A stretch of DNA of 25,842 nt from an uncultured bacterium. Lineage in GTDB: Bacteria > Schekmanbacteria > GWA2-38-11 > J061. Shown here in pieces: positions 9,237 to 17,718 of the stretch (position 1 is the first letter of the stretch; each line of letters begins with the position of its first letter). The notes under the pieces were generated by a model that made no database searches, had not been told where the DNA came from, and saw nothing but the letters and a program-made list of their open reading frames with translations. The stretch is from positions 1 through 25,842 of the forward strand of contig CAZJVM010000037.1 in the NCBI GenBank assembly GCA_964549305.1. Reading direction: 5' to 3'. The position numbers and the translations under genes were made by a program.

Positions 9237-9363
9237 TGTGAATGTTGGATTTGGATGAGAGACAAGGAAGACAACTGCGAAAAATACCGGAACATACTGT
9301 TTTGTATTTGAGGATTTTCGAGCAGAAGTCTGACGCTGTATATTGCCAAAGACAACATTCACA
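9237..9363. other. 127-nt rod-like inverted-repeat hairpin between convergent genes (candidate structured RNA)
   Basis: TGTGAATGTTG (9237-9247) pairs with CAACATTCACA (9353-9363). Nested stems: TTTGG/CCAAA, AGAC/GTCT, CTGC/GCAG, GAAAA/TTTTC, ATAC/GTAT and GGAACA/TGTTTT. Confidence 0.6.
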
Positions 9364-9366
9364 CAT

Positions 9367-10299
9367 TCAGAAAAAGAATTTTTCAGATAGAGTATACCCC
9401 TGAATATATTGCTCTGCCTTCATCCTTCTCTTGTTTTCAGGCTGAATTTCCAGTAATTCCACGACACCGCTTCCCGTGGTAACTATGAGGCGTTTGTTTT
9501 CAATCCATATGGAACCGGGGTCTTTCTGATAGCTTCGCGCGAGAGTTCTGCATGTCCAAATTTTAAGTCTTTCCTGTTTTTCTTCTGAGAGAAAAGTGTA
9601 TGCGCCGGGCCAGGGATTCATCCCTCTTACAAGAAACTCTATATCTTCGGCTTTTTTATTCCAGTCAATTATACCGTCCTCTTTTTTCAGCATAGGCGCG
9701 AAGGTTACGCGGTTTTCATCCTGCGCCTGAGGAACTATATCGCCTCTTGCCCATTTATCTATCGTTTCTGCAAGAAGGTCGGCGCCTTTTTTCATAAGTT
9801 TGTCAAGAAGACTGAAAGTAGTATCGTCCCTTGCTATCTTCTCTTTTGCCTGAAGAAGAATGTCTCCCGAATCGAGCTCTTTTGCCATCAACTGCGTGGT
9901 TACCCCTGTCTCCTCTTCGCCGTTTATGATTGCCCAGTTAACGGGCGCCGCGCCCCTGTATGCCGGAAGAAGCGATGCGTGAAGGTTGATGCATTTTTTT
10001 GGCGGAAGGTTGAGTATTTTTTCAGGAAGTATTCTTCCGTATGCCACAACTGCGATGAGGTCTGGTGAAAGAGATTCAAGCTCATTTAAGAAAGCGGAGT
10101 CTTTCATTTTTTCCGGTTGCAGAACTTTTATGCCTTTTTCGATTGCATAGGGTTTCAGGGGGGGTGATATTATTTTTCTTCCCCTTCCTGCAGGTCTGTC
10201 GGGTTGGGTAACAACCGCTTTCAGTTCAAAATCTTTTTCGACAAGTTTTTTCAGACAAAGAAGCGCGCCTTCGGTACTTCCCATAAATACTATTTTCAT
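9367..10299 (-). CDS. fmt: Methionyl-tRNA formyltransferase
   Basis: MKIVFMG, VVTQPDRPAGRG, VVAYGRILP, INLHASLLPAYRGAAP and NPWPGAYT motifs; overlaps def. Confidence 0.97.
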   Translation of the reverse strand: MKIVFMGSTEGALLCLKKLVEKDFELKAVVTQPDRPAGRGRKIISPPLKPYAIEKGIKVLQPEKMKDSAFLNELESLSPDLIAVVAYGRILPEKILNLPPKKCINLHASLLPAYRGAAPVNWAIINGEEETGVTTQLMAKELDSGDILLQAKEKIARDDTTFSLLDKLMKKGADLLAETIDKWARGDIVPQAQDENRVTFAPMLKKEDGIIDWNKKAEDIEFLVRGMNPWPGAYTFLSEEKQERLKIWTCRTLARSYQKDPGSIWIENKRLIVTTGSGVVELLEIQPENKRRMKAEQYIQGYTLSEKFFF

Positions 10300-10808
10300 T
10301 TATCCTTCTGCAGCTTTTTGAGCTTCATCCTGATCAGTTCTCTTTTGATTTTGCTTAATCTGTCTATGAAAAGCGTGCCGTTTAGATGGTCGAGCTCATG
10401 CTGAATGACTCTGCTCAACAATCCCGACGCCTCAAATTCTATTTCCTTCTCATCGAGAGTCATTGCCTTAACTAAGATTTTGTCGGGGCGAACGATTTTT
10501 TCCGAAATTTCGGGAACACTGAGACATCCTTCCTCCATAACCGTGTTATTGCCGTCTAAGACCTCTATTACGGGATTTATCAGTTTCAGAATTTCTCTCT
10601 TTTCCTCATCCCTGCCCTTAGTGTCAAGGACAATCAACCTGATATTCTTCCCTATCTGAGGCGCGGCAAGCCCGATTCCCGGAGCATTATACATTGTTTC
10701 AAACATACTGTCTGTAAGCTCCGCAATGGCGCCGTCAATATTCCCGATGCACGATGAATCGGCTCTCAGTATACTCGAAGGATATTTAACTATTTCCATT
10801 ACTGACAT
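10296..10808 (-). CDS. def: Peptide deformylase
   Basis: GIGLAAPQIG, EGCLS and QHELDHLNG motifs. Confidence 0.98.
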   Translation of the reverse strand: MSVMEIVKYPSSILRADSSCIGNIDGAIAELTDSMFETMYNAPGIGLAAPQIGKNIRLIVLDTKGRDEEKREILKLINPVIEVLDGNNTVMEEGCLSVPEISEKIVRPDKILVKAMTLDEKEIEFEASGLLSRVIQHELDHLNGTLFIDRLSKIKRELIRMKLKKLQKDK

Positions 10809-10842
10809 CGAAGTTGTCTCCTCTGATTTTTAAAAAGGAAAA

Positions 10843-11601
10843 TCAGTTCAGAAAAAAACTGACTCCTTCCTTTATCCTTTTTACATCTATACAGGTATCT
10901 TTGCAATAACCGAAGGGGCGCTGATTTACCACACCAAATACCGTTACGGGATAGCAGTCAATGATGCCCGAAATGAGGTCTCTTTCACAGGCGACGGCAA
11001 CAACCGCTTCCGGCTTTGCCTCGATTATGACATTTCTTGCCTCCGTACCCCCTCTTGCCATTGCAACTTTGACTTCTTTATTTACGTCCATATCTATCAG
11101 TTCGTCAAGTATGCATTTACCGCATCTCGCGCAGTTGTCGAGAGTCCTTGTAAGTTTAATATTGCATTCAGAGCGTTGAAGGCAGTGGGGAAGAAGTATG
11201 AGCAGGTTTTCCGGCAAAACTTTTGCATTTTTCAATACGACAAGCCGGTTATTGATTTCTATAAGCGCCTCTTCGAGTCTTTCCCTTGAAACCTTGAAAA
11301 GTCTTCCACAGCCCATAAGGACGGGAAAGAGAATTTTCAGATAAGCACGCCTTAAATACCGGTTGAATGGAATGGAAAGATCGAAAATAACTCCGGCAAA
11401 AAGAAAAAGGACCACGATTATGAAAAATGCCGTTCCGGCAATGATGAGAAGATTCAGGAAAGCAAGGTAATGACCGTATTCGGGGGAAAGATAAATTCTG
11501 AAAAAAATAAAGGCGAAAAGCGCCAATGCCGCGATAATGCTTATGCAAAGATAGGATATGAGCGCTTTATTGCCTCTGTTTATTTTTCCTGCGTATTCCA
11601 T
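10843..11601 (-). CDS. DUF116 domain membrane protein
   Basis: Two N-terminal TM segments; LLPHCLQ...C...CARCGKC, GGT, AVACERDL and GYCKDT motifs; adjacent to def/fmt. Confidence 0.88.
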   Translation of the reverse strand: MEYAGKINRGNKALISYLCISIIAALALFAFIFFRIYLSPEYGHYLAFLNLLIIAGTAFFIIVVLFLFAGVIFDLSIPFNRYLRRAYLKILFPVLMGCGRLFKVSRERLEEALIEINNRLVVLKNAKVLPENLLILLPHCLQRSECNIKLTRTLDNCARCGKCILDELIDMDVNKEVKVAMARGGTEARNVIIEAKPEAVVAVACERDLISGIIDCYPVTVFGVVNQRPFGYCKDTCIDVKRIKEGVSFFLN

Positions 11602-11622
11602 AATTTACACCATCCGGATAAA

Positions 11623-11667
11623 TTGACTCTATTATCAATAATTATTCAATAAGGATAATATAGTCAA
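11623..11667. promoter_or_regulatory. 14-bp inverted repeat (1 mismatch) upstream of DUF116-def-fmt, putative operator
   Basis: TTGACTCTATTATC (11623-11636), 17-nt spacer, GATAATATAGTCAA (11654-11667). Confidence 0.4.
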
Positions 11668-11772
11668 GACAATGCGGTGCGGCAGTAAAGATATTCCTGT
11701 CCTTATATGAGCAAATCCGGAATGCGGGATTAACTGAAAACAAAGGATGTATATCTTCTCTCTGCTGCAGTA

Positions 11773-11952
11773 TTAAAATAGAGCGTATATAAACGGCGCT
11801 ACGGCGGAGCCTTCCGTAAACACTATGAGAAGACCTATGAGAACTAGGATGAAAATAATCGGGGCAAGCCACCATTTCTTTCTCTCCTTCATAAAATACC
11901 AGAATTCGGAAACGATGGATGCGTTAGACTTCATTTTCTTTAAAGATCCCAT
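11773..11952 (-). CDS. SxtK-like / DUF5989 small membrane protein (59 aa; missing from the ORF track)
   Basis: My translation: MGSLKKMKSNASIVSEFWYFMKERKKWWLAPIIFILVLIGLLIVFTEGSAVAPFIYALF*. It has the family hallmarks RKKWWLxP and SAxAPFIYxLF and lies directly after the carbamoyltransferase. Confidence 0.9.
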   Translation of the reverse strand: MGSLKKMKSNASIVSEFWYFMKERKKWWLAPIIFILVLIGLLIVFTEGSAVAPFIYALF

Positions 11953-11994
11953 TTTTCGTCCTTTCGATATATCCTTTTAAGAAACCATTTGCCA

Positions 11995-13734
11995 TTAATC
12001 AAGGGCAAATAGTGTTCTCCAGTCAACATCCTCCTTTAAAGGCTCCATTTCCTTTTTGTCAAGGAGGAAGTTGCCCACTACGAGGTAGTCCATATTTGTC
12101 CTCATAAAGCACATATACGCGTCGTGGGGAGTGCATACTACGGGTTCGCCGCGCACATTGAAGGAAGTATTTATTATAACGGGGATACCTGAAATTTTTT
12201 CGTATTCTTTTATAAGGTCGTAATAAATTTCGTTTTCCTCCCGGGTTACCGTCTGAATCCTTGCCGAATGGTCAACATGGGTAACTGCGGGGATAATTCT
12301 TTTGTTTTCCCTCACGTCTGCCACAAGAAGCATATAGGGACTCGGGCAATCGAGCTCGAAATATTCGTCTGCTTTCTCTGCAAGCACAGAGGGCGCGAAA
12401 GGCCTGAAACTTTCCCTGAATTTTATCTTGAGATTTACCACGTCCCTGTTTTCGGCGTTTGTGGCGTCTGCGATTATACTTCTGTTTCCCAGTGCGCGCG
12501 GACCGAATTCCATTCTTCCCTGAAACCACCCTATGACATTCTGTTCTTGAATGAGAGTTGCCGTTTTTTTAAGCAACTCATCACGGGAAAGCTCGTGGTA
12601 TTTTACGTTTATTTCGTTGAGGTATTTTTTGATTTCTTCATTTGAAAACTCAGGCCCAAAGTATGAGTTTCTGATTCCTTCCTGCCTCGGATTGTCCAGA
12701 AGCGAATGATAGATGAATTTTGCAACTCCCATCGCGCCTCCCGCGTCGCCTGCGGCAGGTTGGACGAAAATATTTTCAAAAGGACCTTCGCGCAAGACCC
12801 TGCCGTTTGAAACACAGTTCAGGGCAACACCGCCTGCCATACAGAGATTTTTAGAACCGGTTTCCTTATGAATGTAGTTTGACATTCTCAAAACTATTTC
12901 TTCGGTTACCTTTTGCACGCTTGCCGCCAAATCCATCTGTTTCTGCTCGATTTTGGTTTCAGGCTCTCTCGGAGGTTCGCCGAAAAGCTCGTCAAATTTT
13001 CCGTTGGTCATTGTAAGACCGTAGTCATAGGCGAAATATTTCATATTGATTTTGAAACTTCCGTCCTCTTTGACATCGATGAGCTCTTTCATAATGAGGT
13101 CGAAATAAACCGGCTTTCCGTAAGGGGCAAGCCCCATAACCTTATATTCAGCGCTGTTGACCTTGAAACCCAGATAATATGTAAAAGCGCTGTATAAAAG
13201 CCCGAGGGAGTGCGGAAAGTTAATCTCTTTGATAATTTCTATATTTGTCCCTTTGCCTACTCCGTAAGTTGCCGTTGCCCATTCACCTACGCCGTCGATA
13301 GTGAGTATAGCCGACTCTTCAAAGGGGGAAACAAGAAATGAACTTGCCGCGTGCGACTGATGATGGTTAATAAAAAGAATTTCCTTTTCAAATCCCACTT
13401 TCTCGTGGATTATGCGCTTTGTCCAAAGCTTGTCTTTGAGCCATACCGGCATAGATTTGCTGAATGAGGCAAATGACTTTGGAAATGTTGCAATGTAGGT
13501 GAGTAGAATTCTTTCAAACTTTACAAATGGCTTGTCGTAAAAGCCCACATAATCCAAATCGTCTGTACCTATTCCCGCTTCACGAAGGCAGTAGTTTACG
13601 GCATGTTCCGGAAAATCGGGATCATGCTTTTTCCTTGTGAAACGCTCCTCCTGTGCCGCAGCGATTATCTCGCCGTCCTTGATGAGACATGCCGCCGAAT
13701 CGTGATAAAAACAGGAAATTCCGAGAATATACAT
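11995..13734 (-). CDS. O-carbamoyltransferase (NodU/CmcH/TobZ/SxtI family)
   Basis: YHDSAA...QEERFTRKKH, HHQSHAAS, IDGVGE, EYKVMGLAPYG, GGVALN, EFGPRALGNRS, KFRESFRPFAP and NTSFN motifs. Confidence 0.97.
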   Translation of the reverse strand: MYILGISCFYHDSAACLIKDGEIIAAAQEERFTRKKHDPDFPEHAVNYCLREAGIGTDDLDYVGFYDKPFVKFERILLTYIATFPKSFASFSKSMPVWLKDKLWTKRIIHEKVGFEKEILFINHHQSHAASSFLVSPFEESAILTIDGVGEWATATYGVGKGTNIEIIKEINFPHSLGLLYSAFTYYLGFKVNSAEYKVMGLAPYGKPVYFDLIMKELIDVKEDGSFKINMKYFAYDYGLTMTNGKFDELFGEPPREPETKIEQKQMDLAASVQKVTEEIVLRMSNYIHKETGSKNLCMAGGVALNCVSNGRVLREGPFENIFVQPAAGDAGGAMGVAKFIYHSLLDNPRQEGIRNSYFGPEFSNEEIKKYLNEINVKYHELSRDELLKKTATLIQEQNVIGWFQGRMEFGPRALGNRSIIADATNAENRDVVNLKIKFRESFRPFAPSVLAEKADEYFELDCPSPYMLLVADVRENKRIIPAVTHVDHSARIQTVTREENEIYYDLIKEYEKISGIPVIINTSFNVRGEPVVCTPHDAYMCFMRTNMDYLVVGNFLLDKKEMEPLKEDVDWRTLFALD

Positions 13735-13743
13735 TATTTTTCC

Positions 13744-13983
13744 CTAAAACTGATGTTTTGCCTGCTCAAGTGTTTCAGTCATAAACTCATTCTCTTTCCA
13801 CGCGCTCTTATCTTCAGACATTCTCTTATCGAGGATGTCTTTTCTTAAAATAAAGGATATTAGGGCTGAAATCATAAAAACGGTAAAATAGATGATGAAA
13901 AGAATAATTTTGGTCTGCACTACGGCAATCTTCTCGGCAAGGACTTTCCACTTTTCCCAGATATTTTTAAAGAATTTTTTCAT
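13744..13983 (-). CDS. Short SxtJ-like membrane protein
   Basis: Pattern of W...IA...IILFIIYF hydrophobic segment, then RKDIL, SAW and a terminal QF, resembling the C-terminal part of SxtJ-type proteins; 9 nt upstream of the carbamoyltransferase. Confidence 0.7.
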   Translation of the reverse strand: MKKFFKNIWEKWKVLAEKIAVVQTKIILFIIYFTVFMISALISFILRKDILDKRMSEDKSAWKENEFMTETLEQAKHQF

Positions 13984-14301
13984 AAGGAATAAGATTAAAT
14001 TTTAATTTCAATACTATTTCGAATAAAATGACTTATACTTTATTTTTCAATATTTCAGTACCTTTTGTAAAAATCGGTTACCCGCTTACCTGTAAAAAAA
14101 TCCGGTAAGCTATTCTGTATTAAAAATTTAATTCTAATCAGAATATTTTTAAGTATAAATCAAAAAATGAAAAAAGTCTTCATCGTCGCGGGCGGAATAA
14201 GCAGGTTTAGAAAATCGGGATGAAGGTAAAGGCGAGATTCAGAAAAAAACCGCAGTTCAACGCGAGTGATGTCTGGTTTGTGCCCGTAAGATAAGAATCA
14301 C

Positions 14302-16551
14302 TTAATTGTCACTGAGTAATTCGAGCATTTTCTCTATATTCGTAGTGGGAAGAGAGCAGGCAAAATTTTTGCAGACATATGCGGTCGCCTTTCCGCTGAT
14401 TGCTTTCATATTGGAACTAAATGGCGCAATTTTTGAAATATTTTTTGATTGCGCGTTTTGGGGACGAAGAAGGATAACCTTCTTCGGAATGTATTTTTTT
14501 CTCACCGCGGACAACATTTTCTTTGTGTCATCGCTTTCAATGTTTCCGGTGATAATGATTTCAAATCCGGGATTAATCGCGTAATCGATTGCGGACATAA
14601 GATATGCGTGAGTGTAGGGTGCCGATTTAATTATTTTCGCAAATGCCCTGATTGTCTCTTTCGCTTTTTCTTCATATTTTTGATTACCCGTGATTCTGCT
14701 CAGTTTCAAAAGATTCATCACTGCCACTGAATTTCCCGACGGAGTTACCCCGTCATAGATTTCCTTTGTCCTGAAGGGAAGTTTTTCGCCATTGCGGGGC
14801 GAAAAGAAGAAACCGCCGTTCTTTTTATCCCAAAAATCGGCAAGCATAATATCACTGAGGTTTATCGCTTCCTTCAGGTATTTTACTTCGAAAGTTGCCT
14901 CATAAAGCTCAATTAACCCCCGGACAAAAAAAGCGTAATCTTCAAGATGGGCAGTCATTGCCCCGTTGTCTTCCCAGTATCTTTTCAAAAGCCTTCCGTC
15001 ATTGCGTCTCAATCGGGAGAGAATAAATTGAACAGACCTCCCGGCGCTTTCGGCATATCTCTTTTCATCAAAGGCAACCGATGCTTTTGCAAGGGACGCA
15101 ATCATAAGTCCATTCCAGTCAGTCAGGATTTTATCATCCCTGAAGGGCTTTATTCGCTTTTCCCTTGCATTGAATAGCTTCCTGCGCATTTTTTCGATAC
15201 GCTCAAAAAATTTGCCTTCATCCGCCTTCAATTCCCCGGCGCTAACAGACAGGGGTTTGTTAAGAAAAATAATGTTTTTTCCCGTTTCCTTTCCGCGTAT
15301 TTCATCGCGGTAATTTCCTTTTTCTTTGATGTTAAATATTCTTGAAAAAAACTCGCCGTCCCTTTTCCCGAGTATTTTGATTATTTCATCTTTTGTCCAA
15401 AGATAGAATTTACCCTCCTCTCCTTCGCTGTCAGCGTCTTCCGCGCTGTAAAAAGCGCCTTCGGGCGAAGTCATATTTCGTGAAACATAGTCAAATATTT
15501 CACCTGCTATGCGGGCATAAATCTTTTTTCCCGTTGCCTCATAGGCCTCAGTGTATGCCATTGCAATCAGCGCCTGGTCGTAAAGCATTTTTTCATAATG
15601 AGGGACAAGCCAGTCATAGTCTGTGGAATAACGGTGAAATCCGAATCCGATATGGTCATAAATCCCTCCCAGTCGCATTTCGAAAAGAGTCTTTTCAGCC
15701 ATTTCAAGAGCGTTTCCGTTTTTCCTGCTTTCTGAGTATCTGATTAAAAAGATTAGATTGTTTGGCAGGGGAAACTTTACGGGCTGAAAGGTAAATCCTC
15801 CCTTTTTTGAATCAAAATTTGAAGAAAGCTTGAAATAGGTTTCATCCAGAATTTCCTTTCCGGGAAATTCTCCCGGTGAATCGAAAGTAAATCCGGATAT
15901 GGTGTTGTCCCATTCGTCGGCTAAACCGGTAATTCGTTTTTTGTCGTTGTTCCATATGTCAGCCACTCCCGCCAAAATCTGAAGAAGTCCCGCTTTCCCG
16001 AATTGCGCTGTTTTAGGAAAATAAGTACCCGCGAAAAAAGTTTTCATTTGAGGTGTCATTATGATTGTCATAGGCCACCCGCCACCTCCCGTTACCGCCT
16101 GTGTAATATTCATAAACACTTTGTCAATATTGGGCCTTTCTTCTCTGTCGACTTTTATGGCAATGAAGTATTTATTCAAAAGAGCGGCAACTTCCGGGTC
16201 TGAAAATGATTCCTCCTCCATGACGTGGCACCAGTGACAGGTGGAATATCCGATTGAAAGGAAAATAGGCTTGTCCTCCTTTACCGCTTTGCTGAATGCC
16301 TCCTCACCCCAGGGATACCAATTAACGGGATTGGTCGCGTGCTGAAGAAGATAGGGGCTTTTTTCAAAAATAAGGCGATTGTATCTATCACCTCCGTCAG
16401 GCGGAAGTTTTGCGATTTCTTCCTGTGCGGGCAAAATGAAACTGTTTCCCCTGTTCTCATAGGCTTTCACATTTGCGCAGTAATAAAAATCTCCGCTTAA
16501 AAAAACAGTTATCAGCAAAATAACAGGGATATTTCCGATTAGTTTCTTCAT
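14302..16551 (-). CDS. Thioredoxin-domain protein, YyaL/SSP411 (DUF255 plus alpha/alpha barrel)
   Basis: [79 protein letters not shown] and [12 protein letters not shown] motifs. Confidence 0.95.
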   Translation of the reverse strand: MKKLIGNIPVILLITVFLSGDFYYCANVKAYENRGNSFILPAQEEIAKLPPDGGDRYNRLIFEKSPYLLQHATNPVNWYPWGEEAFSKAVKEDKPIFLSIGYSTCHWCHVMEEESFSDPEVAALLNKYFIAIKVDREERPNIDKVFMNITQAVTGGGGWPMTIIMTPQMKTFFAGTYFPKTAQFGKAGLLQILAGVADIWNNDKKRITGLADEWDNTISGFTFDSPGEFPGKEILDETYFKLSSNFDSKKGGFTFQPVKFPLPNNLIFLIRYSESRKNGNALEMAEKTLFEMRLGGIYDHIGFGFHRYSTDYDWLVPHYEKMLYDQALIAMAYTEAYEATGKKIYARIAGEIFDYVSRNMTSPEGAFYSAEDADSEGEEGKFYLWTKDEIIKILGKRDGEFFSRIFNIKEKGNYRDEIRGKETGKNIIFLNKPLSVSAGELKADEGKFFERIEKMRRKLFNAREKRIKPFRDDKILTDWNGLMIASLAKASVAFDEKRYAESAGRSVQFILSRLRRNDGRLLKRYWEDNGAMTAHLEDYAFFVRGLIELYEATFEVKYLKEAINLSDIMLADFWDKKNGGFFFSPRNGEKLPFRTKEIYDGVTPSGNSVAVMNLLKLSRITGNQKYEEKAKETIRAFAKIIKSAPYTHAYLMSAIDYAINPGFEIIITGNIESDDTKKMLSAVRKKYIPKKVILLRPQNAQSKNISKIAPFSSNMKAISGKATAYVCKNFACSLPTTNIEKMLELLSDN

Positions 16552-16878
16552 TTTTAAATGTCTGATGATTTTAAAATAAAGTGAATCAATATTATTTTAC
16601 GCTTTATTTAATTACATTTGAATTTTTTACGGAGTTTTTCAAATATCCGGTCCTTTAAAAATACTGCGCTAAGGCACGGGAGTTATTTACGATAATTAAG
16701 TTTTTGAATATGTCTGGACTTTTAATTAGAAATTTTCACGATGATTAAGATAAAATAAAGTTAAAAATATCTGATATGCGTTTTAAAGGTGCCGAATAGG
16801 AGTAGGCGTTTTTACTTCAAAGATGCTGATTCCCTGTGAGCTTTTTTAGGATTAATAGATTGTAAGAGAGATTACGCA

Positions 16879-17685
16879 ATGAAATTAAAGCAGGCATTGG
16901 AGATTGTCGGTGTTGCCCTGAGAAATATAGTTTTGGGCGGAAACCTGATTTCCCTTTCCCTTATCAATAAGCCCAGAAAAATGGTGGAGTATATCTCCGA
17001 AAACCTTTTTCTTTACAAGGGATTGAATTCAAAGAGAGGAATTCCTCAGAGAAATGTGTTCGAAGTGCTGGCAACGGGTGATGTGGAGGATATCAAGCTT
17101 GGAAGCCTGAAGAGCGACGAAAACTGGATTTGGGCGCAGTCTTCCTTCACGGCAGACTTGGTCAACGTCTGCCTCATCTGCAAACTTATAAGGCCTAAGG
17201 TTGTTTTTGAAATCGGCACGCTTAAAGGATACACGTCATTTCATTTTGCCCTTAACACACCAGATGATTCAAAAATTTATACCCTTGATTTGCCCAAAGA
17301 GAAAAGTGTCGAACCTGCGCTTCATACGACACTTGTTGACGATTTTCACATTGATTCGGTATCAGACCTTAAATATTACTGCTTCGAGGGAAACGACGCG
17401 GCGAAGAAAATAGAATGCCTCTCCGGTGACACGGCAACATTCGACTTTTCACCCTATTTCGGAAAGGTTGATTTCTTTTTCATCGACGGGGCGCATTCCT
17501 ACGAGTATGTGAAGTCGGACACTCTGAATGCCCTGAAGTGCTGCCATCCGGGAAGCGTTATCGCGTGGCACGACTTTGGCAGAGTGGGGGTGAACGGTGT
17601 CGTTAAATGGATTCTTGAATTATCGAAAACCCGCGAAATCTATTCCGTGCCCGGAGGTTCCATTGCCTTTATGGTGGTTAAATAG
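16879..17685 (+). CDS. Class I SAM-dependent methyltransferase (Methyltransf_24-like)
   Basis: VFEIGTLKGYT (motif I), YTLD, DFFFIDGAHSYEYVKSD and WHD motifs. Confidence 0.88.
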   Translation: MKLKQALEIVGVALRNIVLGGNLISLSLINKPRKMVEYISENLFLYKGLNSKRGIPQRNVFEVLATGDVEDIKLGSLKSDENWIWAQSSFTADLVNVCLICKLIRPKVVFEIGTLKGYTSFHFALNTPDDSKIYTLDLPKEKSVEPALHTTLVDDFHIDSVSDLKYYCFEGNDAAKKIECLSGDTATFDFSPYFGKVDFFFIDGAHSYEYVKSDTLNALKCCHPGSVIAWHDFGRVGVNGVVKWILELSKTREIYSVPGGSIAFMVVK

Positions 17686-17718
17686 AGCGGTTATCTCCTG
17701 AGCAATTCCTGAGAAATT

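Noticed and set aside
11642-11875. 77-aa ORF from the track (MVACPDYF...)
   Set aside because: It is an out-of-frame overlap of the better-supported SxtK/DUF5989 ORF at 11773-11952.
11924-11995. 23-aa ORF (MANGFLKGY...) coupled by TAATG to the carbamoyltransferase stop
   Set aside because: No recognisable motif, and it overlaps the start of the SxtK-like gene in another frame; probably incidental.
11773-13983. Saxitoxin biosynthesis
   Set aside because: Only the widespread I/J/K-like triad is present; there is no sxtA, sxtG or other pathway gene in the window.
14066-14110. GCTTACC/GGTAAGC hairpin and an imperfect TGTAAAAA(A)TC(C)GGT repeat
   Set aside because: Only 7 bp and two degenerate copies; too weak to call, and not CRISPR-like.
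16785-16845. AAAGGTGCCGAATAGGAGTAGGC as the start of a lysine or cobalamin riboswitch
   Set aside because: The downstream conserved elements and pairings are absent, and the gene context does not fit.
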